A stretch of DNA of 61,254 bases, filler included, from Chloroflexota bacterium (GTDB lineage Bacteria > Chloroflexota > Chloroflexia > QHBQ01), in assembly GCA_043754535.1 (NCBI GenBank). It is 6 parts of 6 records of this genome, joined end to end, with 100 filler letters (N's around TTAATTAATTAA, not from the genome) between each part and the next. Parts side by side here need not be neighbours in the genome. Positions count along the whole stretch, not along the records: positions 1 to 19,852 come from JAYUUN010000071.1; positions 19,953 to 31,563 come from JAYUUN010000074.1; 4 more parts are not named here. One strand, given 5' to 3'. The position numbers and the translations under genes were made by a program. The notes under the pieces are model-generated. The model was not told where the DNA came from. It saw only the letters and a list, made by a program, of their open reading frames with translations, and made no database searches. This document shows positions 18,725-28,340 of this stretch, piece by piece (position 1 is the stretch's first letter; each line of letters opens with the position of its first letter).

Positions 18725-19816
18725 GTGAAGGTACTGACTATCGTGGGCGCACGCCCGCAGTTCATCAAGGCCGCCCCCGTCAGCCGCGCCCTGCGCCAGC
18801 GGCACACGGAGGTGCTGGTGCATACGGGGCAGCACTACGACGACAACATGAGCGGCGTGTTCTTCCGCGAGTTGGCGATTCCACCCCCCGACTACAACCT
18901 CGAAGTGGGTAGCGGCGGGCATGGGGTGCAGACCGGCGCGATGCTAGCGAAGCTGGAGCCGCTGATGCTGCAAGAACGCCCAGACTGGGTGCTAATCTAC
19001 GGCGACACGAACAGCACGATGGCGGGGGCGTTGGCGGCCAGCAAGCTGCACATCCCCATTGCCCACGTCGAAGCGGGCCTGCGCTCGTTTGATCGGCGAA
19101 TGCCAGAGGAGGTCAACCGCCTGGTTGCCGACCAACTGAGCAGCCTCCTGTTCTGCCCGACGCAGACCGCCATGCAGAACCTTGAGCGCGAGGGGATAGG
19201 CGCGTCGCCAGGGGTGCGGCAGGCAGCGCACAACGTCGGTGATGTGATGTACGACGCGGTGATCTTCAACCAGCGGCTGGCGGCAGAGCGAGCGGCTGGC
19301 TACCTTGCTAGCCTCGGTGTGCAGGCGGGTGGCTACCTGCTAGCGACCGTCCATCGGGCCAGCAACACCGACGACCCGGCGAAGTTGGGGGCTATCGCCG
19401 CCGCCTTCAGCCAGATCGCCAGTCCAGAGTTGTCGATCATCTTTCCCGTCCACCCCCGCACGCGCAAGATGCTGGCTGGCCTGGATGTGACCGCTAGCCC
19501 AGCCCTCAAGCTGATCGAGCCGGTCGGCTACCTGGATATGCTCAATCTTGAGCAGCACGCCAAGCTGATCCTGACTGACAGCGGCGGGGTGCAGAAAGAG
19601 GCATACTTCCTGGCCGTCCCCTGCCTGACCCTGCGCGACGAGACCGAGTGGGTGGAGACGGTGCAGAGCGGCTGGAATCGGCTGGTTGGCACCGACACCG
19701 CTGCGATTGTGGCCGCCGCCCGCGACTTTGGCGCGCCAGCCAGCCAGCCACCGCCCCTGTTCGGCGACGGCCAGGCCAGCGAGAAGATCGTCAAGATCAT
19801 GGAGGAGAGCATCTAG
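18725..19816 (+). CDS. wecB: UDP-N-acetylglucosamine 2-epimerase (non-hydrolysing)
   Basis: Start GTG 18725. IVGARPQFIK, HTGQHYD, YGDTNST, HVEAGLRS, TDSGGVQKEA and LRDETEWVE. Confidence 0.95.
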   Translation: MKVLTIVGARPQFIKAAPVSRALRQRHTEVLVHTGQHYDDNMSGVFFRELAIPPPDYNLEVGSGGHGVQTGAMLAKLEPLMLQERPDWVLIYGDTNSTMAGALAASKLHIPIAHVEAGLRSFDRRMPEEVNRLVADQLSSLLFCPTQTAMQNLEREGIGASPGVRQAAHNVGDVMYDAVIFNQRLAAERAAGYLASLGVQAGGYLLATVHRASNTDDPAKLGAIAAAFSQIASPELSIIFPVHPRTRKMLAGLDVTASPALKLIEPVGYLDMLNLEQHAKLILTDSGGVQKEAYFLAVPCLTLRDETEWVETVQSGWNRLVGTDTAAIVAAARDFGAPASQPPPLFGDGQASEKIVKIMEESI

Positions 19817-19852
19817 TGGCAACATTCATCCACCCCACCGCTGAGGTGTCGG
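19816..19852 (+). CDS. Hexapeptide-repeat acyltransferase, first codons only
   Basis: GTG overlaps the wecB stop; MATFIHPTAEVS is a typical start of sugar N-acetyltransferases. Cut by the gap. Confidence 0.5.
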
Positions 19853-19952
19853 NNNNNNNNNNNNNNNNNNNNNNNNNNNNNNNNNNNNNNNNNNNNTTAA
19901 TTAATTAANNNNNNNNNNNNNNNNNNNNNNNNNNNNNNNNNNNNNNNNNNNN
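19853..19952. other. Artificial contig-join spacer
   Basis: N44-TTAATTAATTAA-N44 with stops in all six frames. Confidence 0.98.
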
Positions 19953-20120
19953 GAGTACGTCTACCACACCCTGGTGGAGGTGTGATCGAGCAACTGCTTG
20001 CCGACGAAGATGCCAGCTTCAGCCGCACGGATTTCCGCATCCGCAATGGACACACAGTACTGGTGGCAAAGGGCTAGTTACAAGTGTGGCTGCCCCGTGC
20101 CATGACAGGGTCACTCTTAG

Positions 20121-20204
20121 GGTCACTGTTTCCGGCCCAACGACAACATCCGACGCGGGGAGTTGTCGAAGGTAATACGCTGGGCTGTTAAGAGCAACCC
20201 TTAA
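20121..20204 (+). pseudogene. Orphan 3' fragment of an SLH-domain gene
   Basis: Translates GHCFRPNDNIRRGELSKVIRWAVKSNP*, matching the C-terminus of the 20327-22906 protein. An in-frame TAG at 20118 precedes it. Confidence 0.75.
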
Positions 20205-20235
20205 GTCCTACAGTAGACCACACCTCATCCGCCGC

Positions 20236-20280
20236 AAAAACCAGCCGCCTCACCTTGATGCTGAAGCGGCTGGCTTTGTT
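20236..20280. terminator. Bidirectional terminator
   Basis: AAAAACCAGCCGC...GCGGCTGGCTTTGTT. Confidence 0.6.
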
Positions 20281-20326
20281 TGTGTTTAACCTAAGGCTAG
20301 CACCACTAACCCCACACCGTTGCAAT

Positions 20327-22906
20327 TCAGGGTAGGGACTCGATGGCCCGGCGCACGACTTTGCTCAACTCCCCGCGCCGAATGTTGTCGTTAGGCCGGA
20401 AGCACTGGCCTGAGCCACTGCTGCACAGCGCGCCGTTGACGATGCTGCGGGCGACCAGCGTCTCGACCTCGGCGTAGCCGAAGGCGTTAGCAGGCAGGTC
20501 GGCGAAGGTCGGTGTGGTTGGGGTGGTGAGCGCACTGTCCAGCGCACGGCGGACGATGACGACCACTTGCACCCGGCTGATGTTGAGGTTCGGGCCGAAG
20601 CAGGGCGATTGCAGACCGAGGGCGACACACTGTTGCGGGCTGAGGCCGTTAATCACCCCGGCGTGACCAGCGGCCTGAATATAATTGTAGAAGATATTGG
20701 CCCGATTCACATCGCGGAACAGGTCTGTCTGCGACGAGTAATCCGGCAGGGCAAAGCCGAGCGTAGCAATCTTAGCGAACTGGCCGCGAGTGGTGTTGCG
20801 GTTCGGCTCAAACCTGAACGTGCCGTCGCCGTTGGGCAAGCCGCTGATCACGCTGCGGCAACCGAGGAACAGGATGTCGTTGTAGAATATGTTGCTGGTC
20901 AGTACGTCGCTGTATCTAACCGTGCAGAGAGACGGCCCACCAGCAACCACGACGCGCACCTCGCGGCTGTCGGTCGTCTCCTGATGACCCTCAACATCCT
21001 CGTTGCTTACATTGAAGGTGAGGTTAACGGTTTGACCGGGGGTGACGACCGTCGGCACGTTGATTGGGATGGTGAAGGTGATGCTGCTGCCCGCCGCCAG
21101 GTCAAGCTGGTTCGGTACTTGGCGGAGGTCAGCCCAGGGCAGGTCGCTGCTGGCGATCAGGTCGTAGCGGTCAGGCTGTTCGCCCCGGTTGGTGATGACA
21201 AGGCTGGTAGTATAGCTGCCGCCCGGCTGCACGGTCAAGTCGTTGCCGCCGGTCAGCGTCACACGATAAGCATCGGGGTACGACTCGGCTTCTTCAAAGG
21301 TTATGTCGCTGTGTTCTTCCATTGCCGGGTGTTCGTGATCGGCATGGTTAGGCGCGGCGTGGTCGCGCCCTTCCAACAGGGTGCCATTGCCGATACTGCC
21401 GCCGCCGAAGGTCAGGTTCACCCAATCATTCTGGCTAGTCAGGAAGTTAGCCAGGAGGTCAGCATTGATGTCAACAGCAAAGTTAAGCTGGAAGGGGCTA
21501 ATAGTACCGTCAAGGTTCCAGTCAATCGGGCCATTAGCGTTGGCGACGATCATTCCAGGGCCATTGGGGCCGAGCTTGCGGCGAGTGCTGTAACCGTTGA
21601 TGGCCGCGCCACCGTTGATGCCGATCGGCTCAATCAAGCCCCCTGTTTCGTTCAGCCCCGGTATGTTGTTGAAGCGTGAGTAGTCGAGCCAGCTAGTGCC
21701 GCTGGGCTTGTTGGTCAGCACCCCCTTCTGGAACATATAGTTCATCACGCTGAAGTAGTTAGGCTTGTAGTTGAATCCGTCAGCCCCACCGTGACCGAGG
21801 CCGAGGGCGTGACCGAACTCGTGCATGAACGTCCCGGCCTGCTCCGGCACAGTACCGACGTTATCCGTCCAGCCGCCGAGGCTGACGACGAAGTTGCTGG
21901 CAGCTAGACCCCGCGAGTAGCCACTCGTGTTTCCCAGGCCTTGCGTCGAGGTCTTTAGCTGGTGGGCGAAGATCGTGTAGTAGAAAACATCGCGGCGGGC
22001 GGAGGTGAAGAAGGTGTTGGCATAGGCATCAAAGCCGCTCCAGATCAGGAGTTTGTTCGTCTCAACAATCGAGGTAGAACCTGAGAGGCTGCCCCACTTC
22101 ACGCCTGGCCCTGCATTCATGAAGGTGTTCGGACCAGCATCAATGTGCAGCCTGATTCCGGTCTGGCCGTCGAGATTGGTGAGCGGCGCATTGTTGAAGG
22201 CGATCATCAAAGCAGCCAGCGCTTCGGCCTTCGGCTTGTGGCTGTGATCGTTAGCAACCATGTAGTCCGCGTCCACAAAGTAGTCCACTTCCACAAAGAG
22301 GTCTTTGTGGCAGGGGCTGGCTCCCATTGCAGGCAGGTTCACGCCGTTGTGACCGTTGATCTCCCAGATGTCTGGCAGTGCGTCACCGTCAAGGTCGCGA
22401 GTCGGTGGGATCGTGCCGCCAGGCACGCAGTTGACGGGGGTTGGGGTGCTGGTCGGGAAGCCGATAGGTAGGGGCGTGTTGGTGCGCGTCGGCGTAGCAG
22501 TCGGGTTGCCGATGGGGAAGTCAGTTGGCGTAGCAGTCGGGTTGCCGATGGGGAAGTCAGTTGGCGTGGCGGTGGGCGTGCTGCTGACCGGCGTGCGGGT
22601 CGGCGTACGGGTGGGAATGCTGGTAGCTATGGTCGTAGGGGTGCAGGTCGCGCCGGTCGAGCTGATGCAAGAGGTCGCGGTTGGTGAGGCGGCAGTAGGG
22701 GTGCAGGTCGCGCTGCCACCCGGCCCGAAGCAGGGGGTCTCGGTCGCGGCTGGCTGGGCGGGTGGGACGAAGGGAATGCTGCTGGCGACGCTACTGTTGG
22801 GCGCACGGAGGTCGTGCGCCTGCGTGCTGACCGTGCCGCCGAAGATCAGGGCCAAGGCGAGGATCAGGGCCAGCATCCGCTGGCTTGTGAGTCTGGGGTT
22901 GCGCAT
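20327..22906 (-). CDS. Secreted zinc metalloprotease with Pro/Thr linker, Ig-like domain and C-terminal SLH domains
   Basis: Signal peptide; DLDGDALPD Ca-binding-like motif; HEFGHALGLGH (HExxHxxGxxH) with SVMNY Met-turn; SLH repeats ending FEPNRNTTRGQFAKI, FGPNLNISRVQ and FRPNDNIRRGELSKV. Confidence 0.85.
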   Translation of the reverse strand: MRNPRLTSQRMLALILALALIFGGTVSTQAHDLRAPNSSVASSIPFVPPAQPAATETPCFGPGGSATCTPTAASPTATSCISSTGATCTPTTIATSIPTRTPTRTPVSSTPTATPTDFPIGNPTATPTDFPIGNPTATPTRTNTPLPIGFPTSTPTPVNCVPGGTIPPTRDLDGDALPDIWEINGHNGVNLPAMGASPCHKDLFVEVDYFVDADYMVANDHSHKPKAEALAALMIAFNNAPLTNLDGQTGIRLHIDAGPNTFMNAGPGVKWGSLSGSTSIVETNKLLIWSGFDAYANTFFTSARRDVFYYTIFAHQLKTSTQGLGNTSGYSRGLAASNFVVSLGGWTDNVGTVPEQAGTFMHEFGHALGLGHGGADGFNYKPNYFSVMNYMFQKGVLTNKPSGTSWLDYSRFNNIPGLNETGGLIEPIGINGGAAINGYSTRRKLGPNGPGMIVANANGPIDWNLDGTISPFQLNFAVDINADLLANFLTSQNDWVNLTFGGGSIGNGTLLEGRDHAAPNHADHEHPAMEEHSDITFEEAESYPDAYRVTLTGGNDLTVQPGGSYTTSLVITNRGEQPDRYDLIASSDLPWADLRQVPNQLDLAAGSSITFTIPINVPTVVTPGQTVNLTFNVSNEDVEGHQETTDSREVRVVVAGGPSLCTVRYSDVLTSNIFYNDILFLGCRSVISGLPNGDGTFRFEPNRNTTRGQFAKIATLGFALPDYSSQTDLFRDVNRANIFYNYIQAAGHAGVINGLSPQQCVALGLQSPCFGPNLNISRVQVVVIVRRALDSALTTPTTPTFADLPANAFGYAEVETLVARSIVNGALCSSGSGQCFRPNDNIRRGELSKVVRRAIESLP
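22491..22567. repeat. Perfect 36-bp tandem duplication (coding PTATPTDFPIGN x2)
   Basis: GGCGTAGCAGTCGGGTTGCCGATGGGGAAGTCAGTT at 22491 and 22527, plus 5 nt. Confidence 0.9.
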
Positions 22907-22947
22907 TACTAAAGTCCTTTCTGGCTAAACGCCGCTAGGCGGCTCAA

Positions 22948-23139
22948 TTAGGTGTGGGTCGTTTGGGTAGCGAGGCCGGGTTGTTCCAGGCGTAGGCTGA
23001 TGAATTGGCAGAGGCCTTCGAGCGACTGGAAGTAGGTACGCTGGCCGCTGGGTGTGTGTTCGACTGAGCCGCGCCAGACCGGTAGGTTGCCATCCGGCTC
23101 CAGCCAGAGGCGGACGATAAAGAGATATTGTGCTTGCAC
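22948..23139 (-). CDS. Small hypothetical protein (63 aa)
   Basis: GTG 23139 with AAAGGTG SD. MQAQYLFIVRLWLEPDGNLPVWRGSVEHTPSGQRTYFQSLEGLCQFI resembles a small family I recall beside BTAD regulators. Confidence 0.7.
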   Translation of the reverse strand: MQAQYLFIVRLWLEPDGNLPVWRGSVEHTPSGQRTYFQSLEGLCQFISLRLEQPGLATQTTHT

Positions 23140-23493
23140 GCTGCTTGCACCTTTCTGTTGCCTCAACCTCAAAGACAGGCGGCTTGCTAGGCGCATTCCA
23201 TTGTCAAAGCCATTATAGCTGGGGAGCCGTCCCCCAGCCGTCGCAGCTGGGAGCGAGCAGCAATAGGCTGGGTCTCTGCTCAAAACCGGGCCGGAAATAC
23301 AGCAGAGAACTGGGTGGCGACTAAGTAGAGGTGCTTTCTGGACGGCTACAAGCGGTGTGGAGACGAAAGGGGTGGTGTGGGTAACAAAAGAGAGGTGCGC
23401 TTTGGAGTGTCGCCGCCCTTTGTGGTAAGATGCAGCAAGCTCAACAGACAAGGCTCATGTAAACCAACAAGGGGACTAACAAGGAGTACGCCA

Positions 23494-26400
23494 ATGCTCG
23501 CTATCCGGCTATTTGGTAGCCCCAGCTGGCGCAGGGACAAGGGCGAGTGGACGATAGTACCGCCGGTTCTGCAACCACTGCTCGGCTATCTGCTGCTGCA
23601 TCGCAACATACCCTTGCCGCGTGACATAGTGGCCGCCGCCCTTTGGCCGGAAGTTCACGACACGGTTGCTCGTGCCAAGCTGCGTCGGGGGCTACACCGC
23701 TTGCGAGCGAGCTTGCCACCGTTGAGCGATCCCGATTGGGTGCTAGCCGACAATACGACGATCCAGTGGCAGCCGCAGGCCGCTTACTGGCTGGACATCG
23801 CTGCCTTTGAGCAAGGCAGTACCAGCCCTGACCAGCTGGCCGAGGCCTGCGACCTCTACCGGGGCGAACTGCTACTCGGTTGCTACGACGACTGGGTGTT
23901 GCATGAGCGCGAACGCTGGCGCAACCTCTACCTGACCAACCTTGAGCTACTGATACGCAAATGCCGGGCTGAGCGAGACTACCCCCGTGCTATTAGCTAT
24001 GCCAGCCGCTTGTTGAGCGTTGAGCCGTTGCATGAAACCGCCGTGCGACTGCTAATGTCGGTACGTTACGAGGCTGGGGACGGGGCAGGGGCGACTGCCG
24101 AGTACCAACGCTTCGTCAGCCGCCTACAGGCCGAGCTTGATACGCCGCCGATGGTGGACACAACGGCCCTCTACGCTGCGATCAGGGCAGGCGCACCCCT
24201 ACCCCAGCCAACCGCCCACCTCAGCCTCAACCCAGAGCGAGCGAGCCAACCCGAATTGCCCTTCGTTGGGCGCACTAGTGAGTTGGCGACGTTGGAGCAG
24301 GCCTGGGTACAGGCAGGTCAGGGACGCGGTAGCCTGGTGCTGGTCAGTGGCGAAGCCGGTATCGGCAAATCGCGGCTGGCGACCGTTGCCAGCCACACGG
24401 CTGAGCGTATGGGTGGGCGAGTGTTGCGTGGACAGAGCGAGATCGGCATCACTGTTCCATATCACACTGTTGTGACCGCCTTGCGCCCGGTCTTGCCGCT
24501 GTTGGCTGCCAGCCATGCCAACCGCACCGAGCTTGAGACGCTCCTGCCGCTGCTGCCCGACCTTGCCCGCTACCGGCCTGACCTCCACCCACCAGCCAGC
24601 CTTGAACCGGCGCAGGAACGTGACCGTCTCTACCGGGCCTTGCGTGCTTGCCTGAGCCAGCTTGCCGCTAGCCGTCCACTCCTGCTGATCATGGAGGACC
24701 TGCACCTGTCCGACGCTGCCACGATTGACTGGCTGCGGTTCCTTAGCGAACGCCTGACGACCTTGCCCCTGCTGGTTGTCATAACCTACCGCGAGGCAGA
24801 GGTAGGCCGTGACCATCCGCTGCGTAACCTGCGGCGCAGTCTGCCGCAAGCAACTGTTCACCACCTGCCGCTGCCCCGGCTGGATGCGGTTGCTGTTGCC
24901 GCCTTGTGTGACAGCCTGCAATTGGCCGAAGCCGGGCTTGAACAGCGTTTCTACCAGGAGAGCGAAGGCAATCCCTTTATCCTCAACGAACTTGTTGCCA
25001 ACCTTGCGGATCATCGCGGGGGGCGTGCAGCCAACCGACCGACAGCCCTGATGATCTCGATGTTGATTGGTGACCGGCTGCACCGCTTGCAGGCTAATAC
25101 CCGGCTGATCGCCGAAGCCGCTGCTGTGGTGGGTAGTAGCTTCAACGTGGAAGTCATGCTGGAATTGACGGGCCGCTCCGAGGCCGAAATACTGGCGGCG
25201 ATTTTTGAGTTGCTTGATGTCAACCTGCTGTACGAAGGGCTGGCGGGCGCGTACAGCTTCAGCCACCATCTGATCCAGTCGGCGATCTATGCCGCCCTCG
25301 ATCCCACTGTGCGGAGCCGCCGCCACCGTCGTCTGGGGCAGGTACTGGCCGAGTTGTACCCTACCGAGGTGGACGCAATGGCGGCAACTTTGGCCCGCCA
25401 TTGCGAACTCGGTGGCGACACAGCATTGGCAATCAGCTACTACCAGCGAGCCGCAGCTTACGCCCGTAGCCTCTATGCCGACGAGGACGCACTGACCGCA
25501 CTCACCGCCGCCCTGAGCCTGACTGAGGAGGGGAGCGCGTGCTTCAACCTGCTGTTGCTACGCGAGGGGATTCTGGATCGGCTGGGGCGGCGGGAGGAGC
25601 AAGCCGCCGTACTAGCCGAACTGCGGCGAATGGTGGGTGAGCCGGGCAACGCAAGGTGGGAGCGCGAACTGCTGCAACGTGAGATCAGCTTCTATCACCT
25701 GACCAATCGGCGTGAAATCGAGGCCACCATCATTAGCCAACTGGAAGCGCAAGCTGGCGACGAACTTCACTGGCAGGCAACGGCTATGCTGGCCCGCGCC
25801 TATTATCATTTCGCCTGCGGCGAACTTCCCCGTGCCAAAGAGTTGAGCGAGGCGGCGGTGGGGCTGTACCAGATGACGGATGATCGGTTGGGAGAGGTGC
25901 AGGCTTACTGCTTGCAGGCTAGTTGTGGGGTTGACATGGGTTATTTTGATGAAGTGCGTCACATCACTGCTAAGGCTTTGCAACGCGCCGGGCCGAACGA
26001 TCAACACCTGCTGGGCGACATCCTGCGGCGGGCGGCTCTTAGTGCCAACCGTCAGTTGCAACATCAAGCTGGTATCCACTTCGGCAAGGAAGCTCTGACC
26101 CTGGCCGAGGCCACCCATGACCTTGTGCTTGAGGCTTATGCTTGTAATGTGCTGGGTAGCCTTAGCCTGAACGCTGGCTACTACGAGGACTGTCTGGCTC
26201 AGTACCAGCGGGCGCGGAGCTTGTTTGCCAACCTCGGTATGCAGCGCGAGGAGGCTTGGGTGCTGGGCAATTTTGCTATGGTGCGCGCCCGACTGGGTCG
26301 CAGCCGTGAAGCATTGGATGCTATACAGCAGGTTGATGCTATTTTCCAGCAGCTAGGCGACATCAACGCGCAAGTGGTGGCGGCAATCAACCTATCTCAC

Positions 26401-27240
26401 ATAGCGAACAACCAACGCTGGGCCAGCGAGGCGCAGGTGGCAGCCCTGCATGGTCTGGCACTAGTAGCGACTACCGGCAGTGCTTTTTACCACGCTACCC
26501 TCCTCTGCAACCTCGGCACGGCTGAACTGGATTTGGGCGATCCAGCAGCGGTTGTCCATCTGGCTGAGGCTGTTGCCCTCTGCCGCCCGCTGCACAACAA
26601 CACCGATTTGGGGGAGATACTGCCCTACCTCACAGCAGCTTACCTTGCTGACAGCCAACTGGAAGCAGCAACGTGGTTGGTGGCCGAGATGTTCGAGCAA
26701 AGTGACTACGAGGTTGATGAGTTCTTTGTTCATTTCCTGGCTGCCTGCGTTGAGCGAGCCGCTGGCAATCGGCTCGTAGTGGCTGCCCATCTAAATCAAG
26801 CCTATGCTGGCTTCCAGCAGAAAGTTAGCTCTGCTAAGGCAGTTTTTGGGGGGATAGCCGATCAGCAATGGCACACCTACTATGAAGGTAAGTTCTTCCA
26901 CTCTGCCATCCTCAACGCTTACGAGCGCGGGGTCTGGCCTGCATGGGCAAAGCTGCCAGAGGGCGTGACCGAGGAGGTGCTACCTGCCTGCCGCTACTGC
27001 CAGCGCAGCACCGCCGTGCAGCGGGCAGGGAGCAATGGCAGTGGCAACCAACGCTATCGTTGTACAGCTTGCCAACGCTACTTCACGGTCGAGCGCAAGG
27101 CACACGGTCACGCTGAGCATCTGCGCCAGCAAGCCCGTATAATGCACCGCGAGGGGAAGGGTATACGCGCCATCGCCCGCGAACTGGCGGTCAGCCACCG
27201 CAGCGTTAGCAACTGGCTCAGAATTGAGACCGAAAGTTAG
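23494..27240 (+). CDS. BTAD/SARP-STAND ATPase-TPR transcriptional regulator with C-terminal IS1 InsA-like Zn-ribbon/HTH
   Basis: ATG 23494 with AAGGAG SD. IRLFG, ALWPE, DLYRGELL, DDWVLHERER and EPLHE (BTAD); FVGR, SGEAGIGKSRL, LIMEDLH, SEGNPF and YSFSHHLI; TPRs; CRYC...QRYRCTAC...GIRAIARELAVSHRSVSNW. Confidence 0.9.
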   Translation: MLAIRLFGSPSWRRDKGEWTIVPPVLQPLLGYLLLHRNIPLPRDIVAAALWPEVHDTVARAKLRRGLHRLRASLPPLSDPDWVLADNTTIQWQPQAAYWLDIAAFEQGSTSPDQLAEACDLYRGELLLGCYDDWVLHERERWRNLYLTNLELLIRKCRAERDYPRAISYASRLLSVEPLHETAVRLLMSVRYEAGDGAGATAEYQRFVSRLQAELDTPPMVDTTALYAAIRAGAPLPQPTAHLSLNPERASQPELPFVGRTSELATLEQAWVQAGQGRGSLVLVSGEAGIGKSRLATVASHTAERMGGRVLRGQSEIGITVPYHTVVTALRPVLPLLAASHANRTELETLLPLLPDLARYRPDLHPPASLEPAQERDRLYRALRACLSQLAASRPLLLIMEDLHLSDAATIDWLRFLSERLTTLPLLVVITYREAEVGRDHPLRNLRRSLPQATVHHLPLPRLDAVAVAALCDSLQLAEAGLEQRFYQESEGNPFILNELVANLADHRGGRAANRPTALMISMLIGDRLHRLQANTRLIAEAAAVVGSSFNVEVMLELTGRSEAEILAAIFELLDVNLLYEGLAGAYSFSHHLIQSAIYAALDPTVRSRRHRRLGQVLAELYPTEVDAMAATLARHCELGGDTALAISYYQRAAAYARSLYADEDALTALTAALSLTEEGSACFNLLLLREGILDRLGRREEQAAVLAELRRMVGEPGNARWERELLQREISFYHLTNRREIEATIISQLEAQAGDELHWQATAMLARAYYHFACGELPRAKELSEAAVGLYQMTDDRLGEVQAYCLQASCGVDMGYFDEVRHITAKALQRAGPNDQHLLGDILRRAALSANRQLQHQAGIHFGKEALTLAEATHDLVLEAYACNVLGSLSLNAGYYEDCLAQYQRARSLFANLGMQREEAWVLGNFAMVRARLGRSREALDAIQQVDAIFQQLGDINAQVVAAINLSHIANNQRWASEAQVAALHGLALVATTGSAFYHATLLCNLGTAELDLGDPAAVVHLAEAVALCRPLHNNTDLGEILPYLTAAYLADSQLEAATWLVAEMFEQSDYEVDEFFVHFLAACVERAAGNRLVVAAHLNQAYAGFQQKVSSAKAVFGGIADQQWHTYYEGKFFHSAILNAYERGVWPAWAKLPEGVTEEVLPACRYCQRSTAVQRAGSNGSGNQRYRCTACQRYFTVERKAHGHAEHLRQQARIMHREGKGIRAIARELAVSHRSVSNWLRIETES

Positions 27241-27247
27241 ATAGGAC

Positions 27248-27707
27248 TTACGCACATAGCAAGGTAGTAGGTGGGTTGGCCCTCAGTGTTTGCAACGCAA
27301 GGAGCTTAGTATTAGCCAGCAGCGTAAACACCGGCTCGTGTAGGTACGCCTGCAACGCATTGCGGATGATCGCCCGCTTGCTCTCATACCAACTCTGCCC
27401 ACCTTTGAGCCATTCCACTTCCAAGCCCAAGAAGGCGCGGATGTTCATCCCAATACGGTTGCGTTGGCGGTCGGCCCACCGCTTGACTGCGCTCGACACA
27501 TAGCTGCTTGAACGCACGATGGTACTGCTCGATCTTCCATACTTGGTGGCTCACCACTGCCAGCTTGCCTTCGTCGATCACCGCCCAGTCAGTAGCCCAG
27601 TGTTCAATGTCGCCGTCTGGGGCGACTAGCCTGAACACCGTGATGGGGCCATAGCCGTGCAAGTGGACGACCCCCCGTGGTGCGGTCAGCTTGAGGTCAC
27701 TGGCCAC
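27248..27707 (-). mobile_element. Degraded IS701-family transposase (C-terminal part, frameshifted)
   Basis: VHLHGYGPITVFRLVAPDGDIEHWATD...WKIEQYHRAFKQLCVER, then in another frame QRNRIGMNIRAFLGLE...SWYESKRAIIRNALQAYL. Confidence 0.75.
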
Positions 27708-28037
27708 CCCCTTCGCAGCGAGGCGGTGCTTACCAGCCGGCTATGGTCTCAATGGCTGGTAGCGCTTCCGCTCGGCAACGGCTCTCGCCCTGACTAGAGG
27801 TCTTGGCTTTATGAGCGGTGGGCTAGCGGCACTGCTACTTGAGACTAGAGGCAAGCAAGAATACACGCCTGCCGCTCTGTTGATGCTTGCACTCTACAGT
27901 GTTACAGTAGGCCTACCGAGCCTCATTGCCTACACCCTAGCCAAACGCTACAAGCAGGCCTGGCGCAGCAAAAGCTCCTGGCTGAACTACCCCAGCCCGC
28001 TGCCCGACCTGATTCTGATGGTTGCTCTGTTTACTGG

Positions 28038-28340
28038 TCAAGGGCGTAAGCACCTTAGCCAAGCTGCAGCACGAGATGGCGGTGAGTTGCTGCGGCGCAT
28101 CATCGTTCGCGCTGTCACCAGCCTCTTGCTGCTACCACCGGCTAGCTGCCTGTCGCTGACGAGGCAGCCATCGGCCAGCCGCAAGCTGCTCGCGCTCTGT
28201 TCGCTGCCCAGTCGCCAGCTAAGTGTGCTAGGGGCAGCGAAGGGGTTGGCGGTATGCGCCATCGGCTGATCTAGCTTGTGCAGGGCAGCCGCAACCGCCA
28301 CGCAGCAACTATCCGCTTTATCACCAATTAGCAGGTACAT
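28038..28340 (-). pseudogene. Probable 5' fragment of a truncated gene (possibly an ATP-grasp-type enzyme)
   Basis: GGGAGG SD and a protein-like start MYLLIGDKADSCCVAVAAALHKL...; sequence becomes non-protein-like after about 70 aa. Family call is tentative. Confidence 0.35.

Noticed and set aside
19953..20077. Short coding-like fragment at the contig start
   Set aside because: Too short and apparently frameshifted to assign.
20567..21679. Long antisense ORFs (also 24199-25401, 49264-50340, 58110-59156 and others)
   Set aside because: Shadow frames of well-supported genes in GC-rich DNA, with no motifs.
22491..22567. 36-bp repeat as a mini CRISPR array
   Set aside because: The copies are directly adjacent with no spacer and encode an in-frame Pro/Thr linker.
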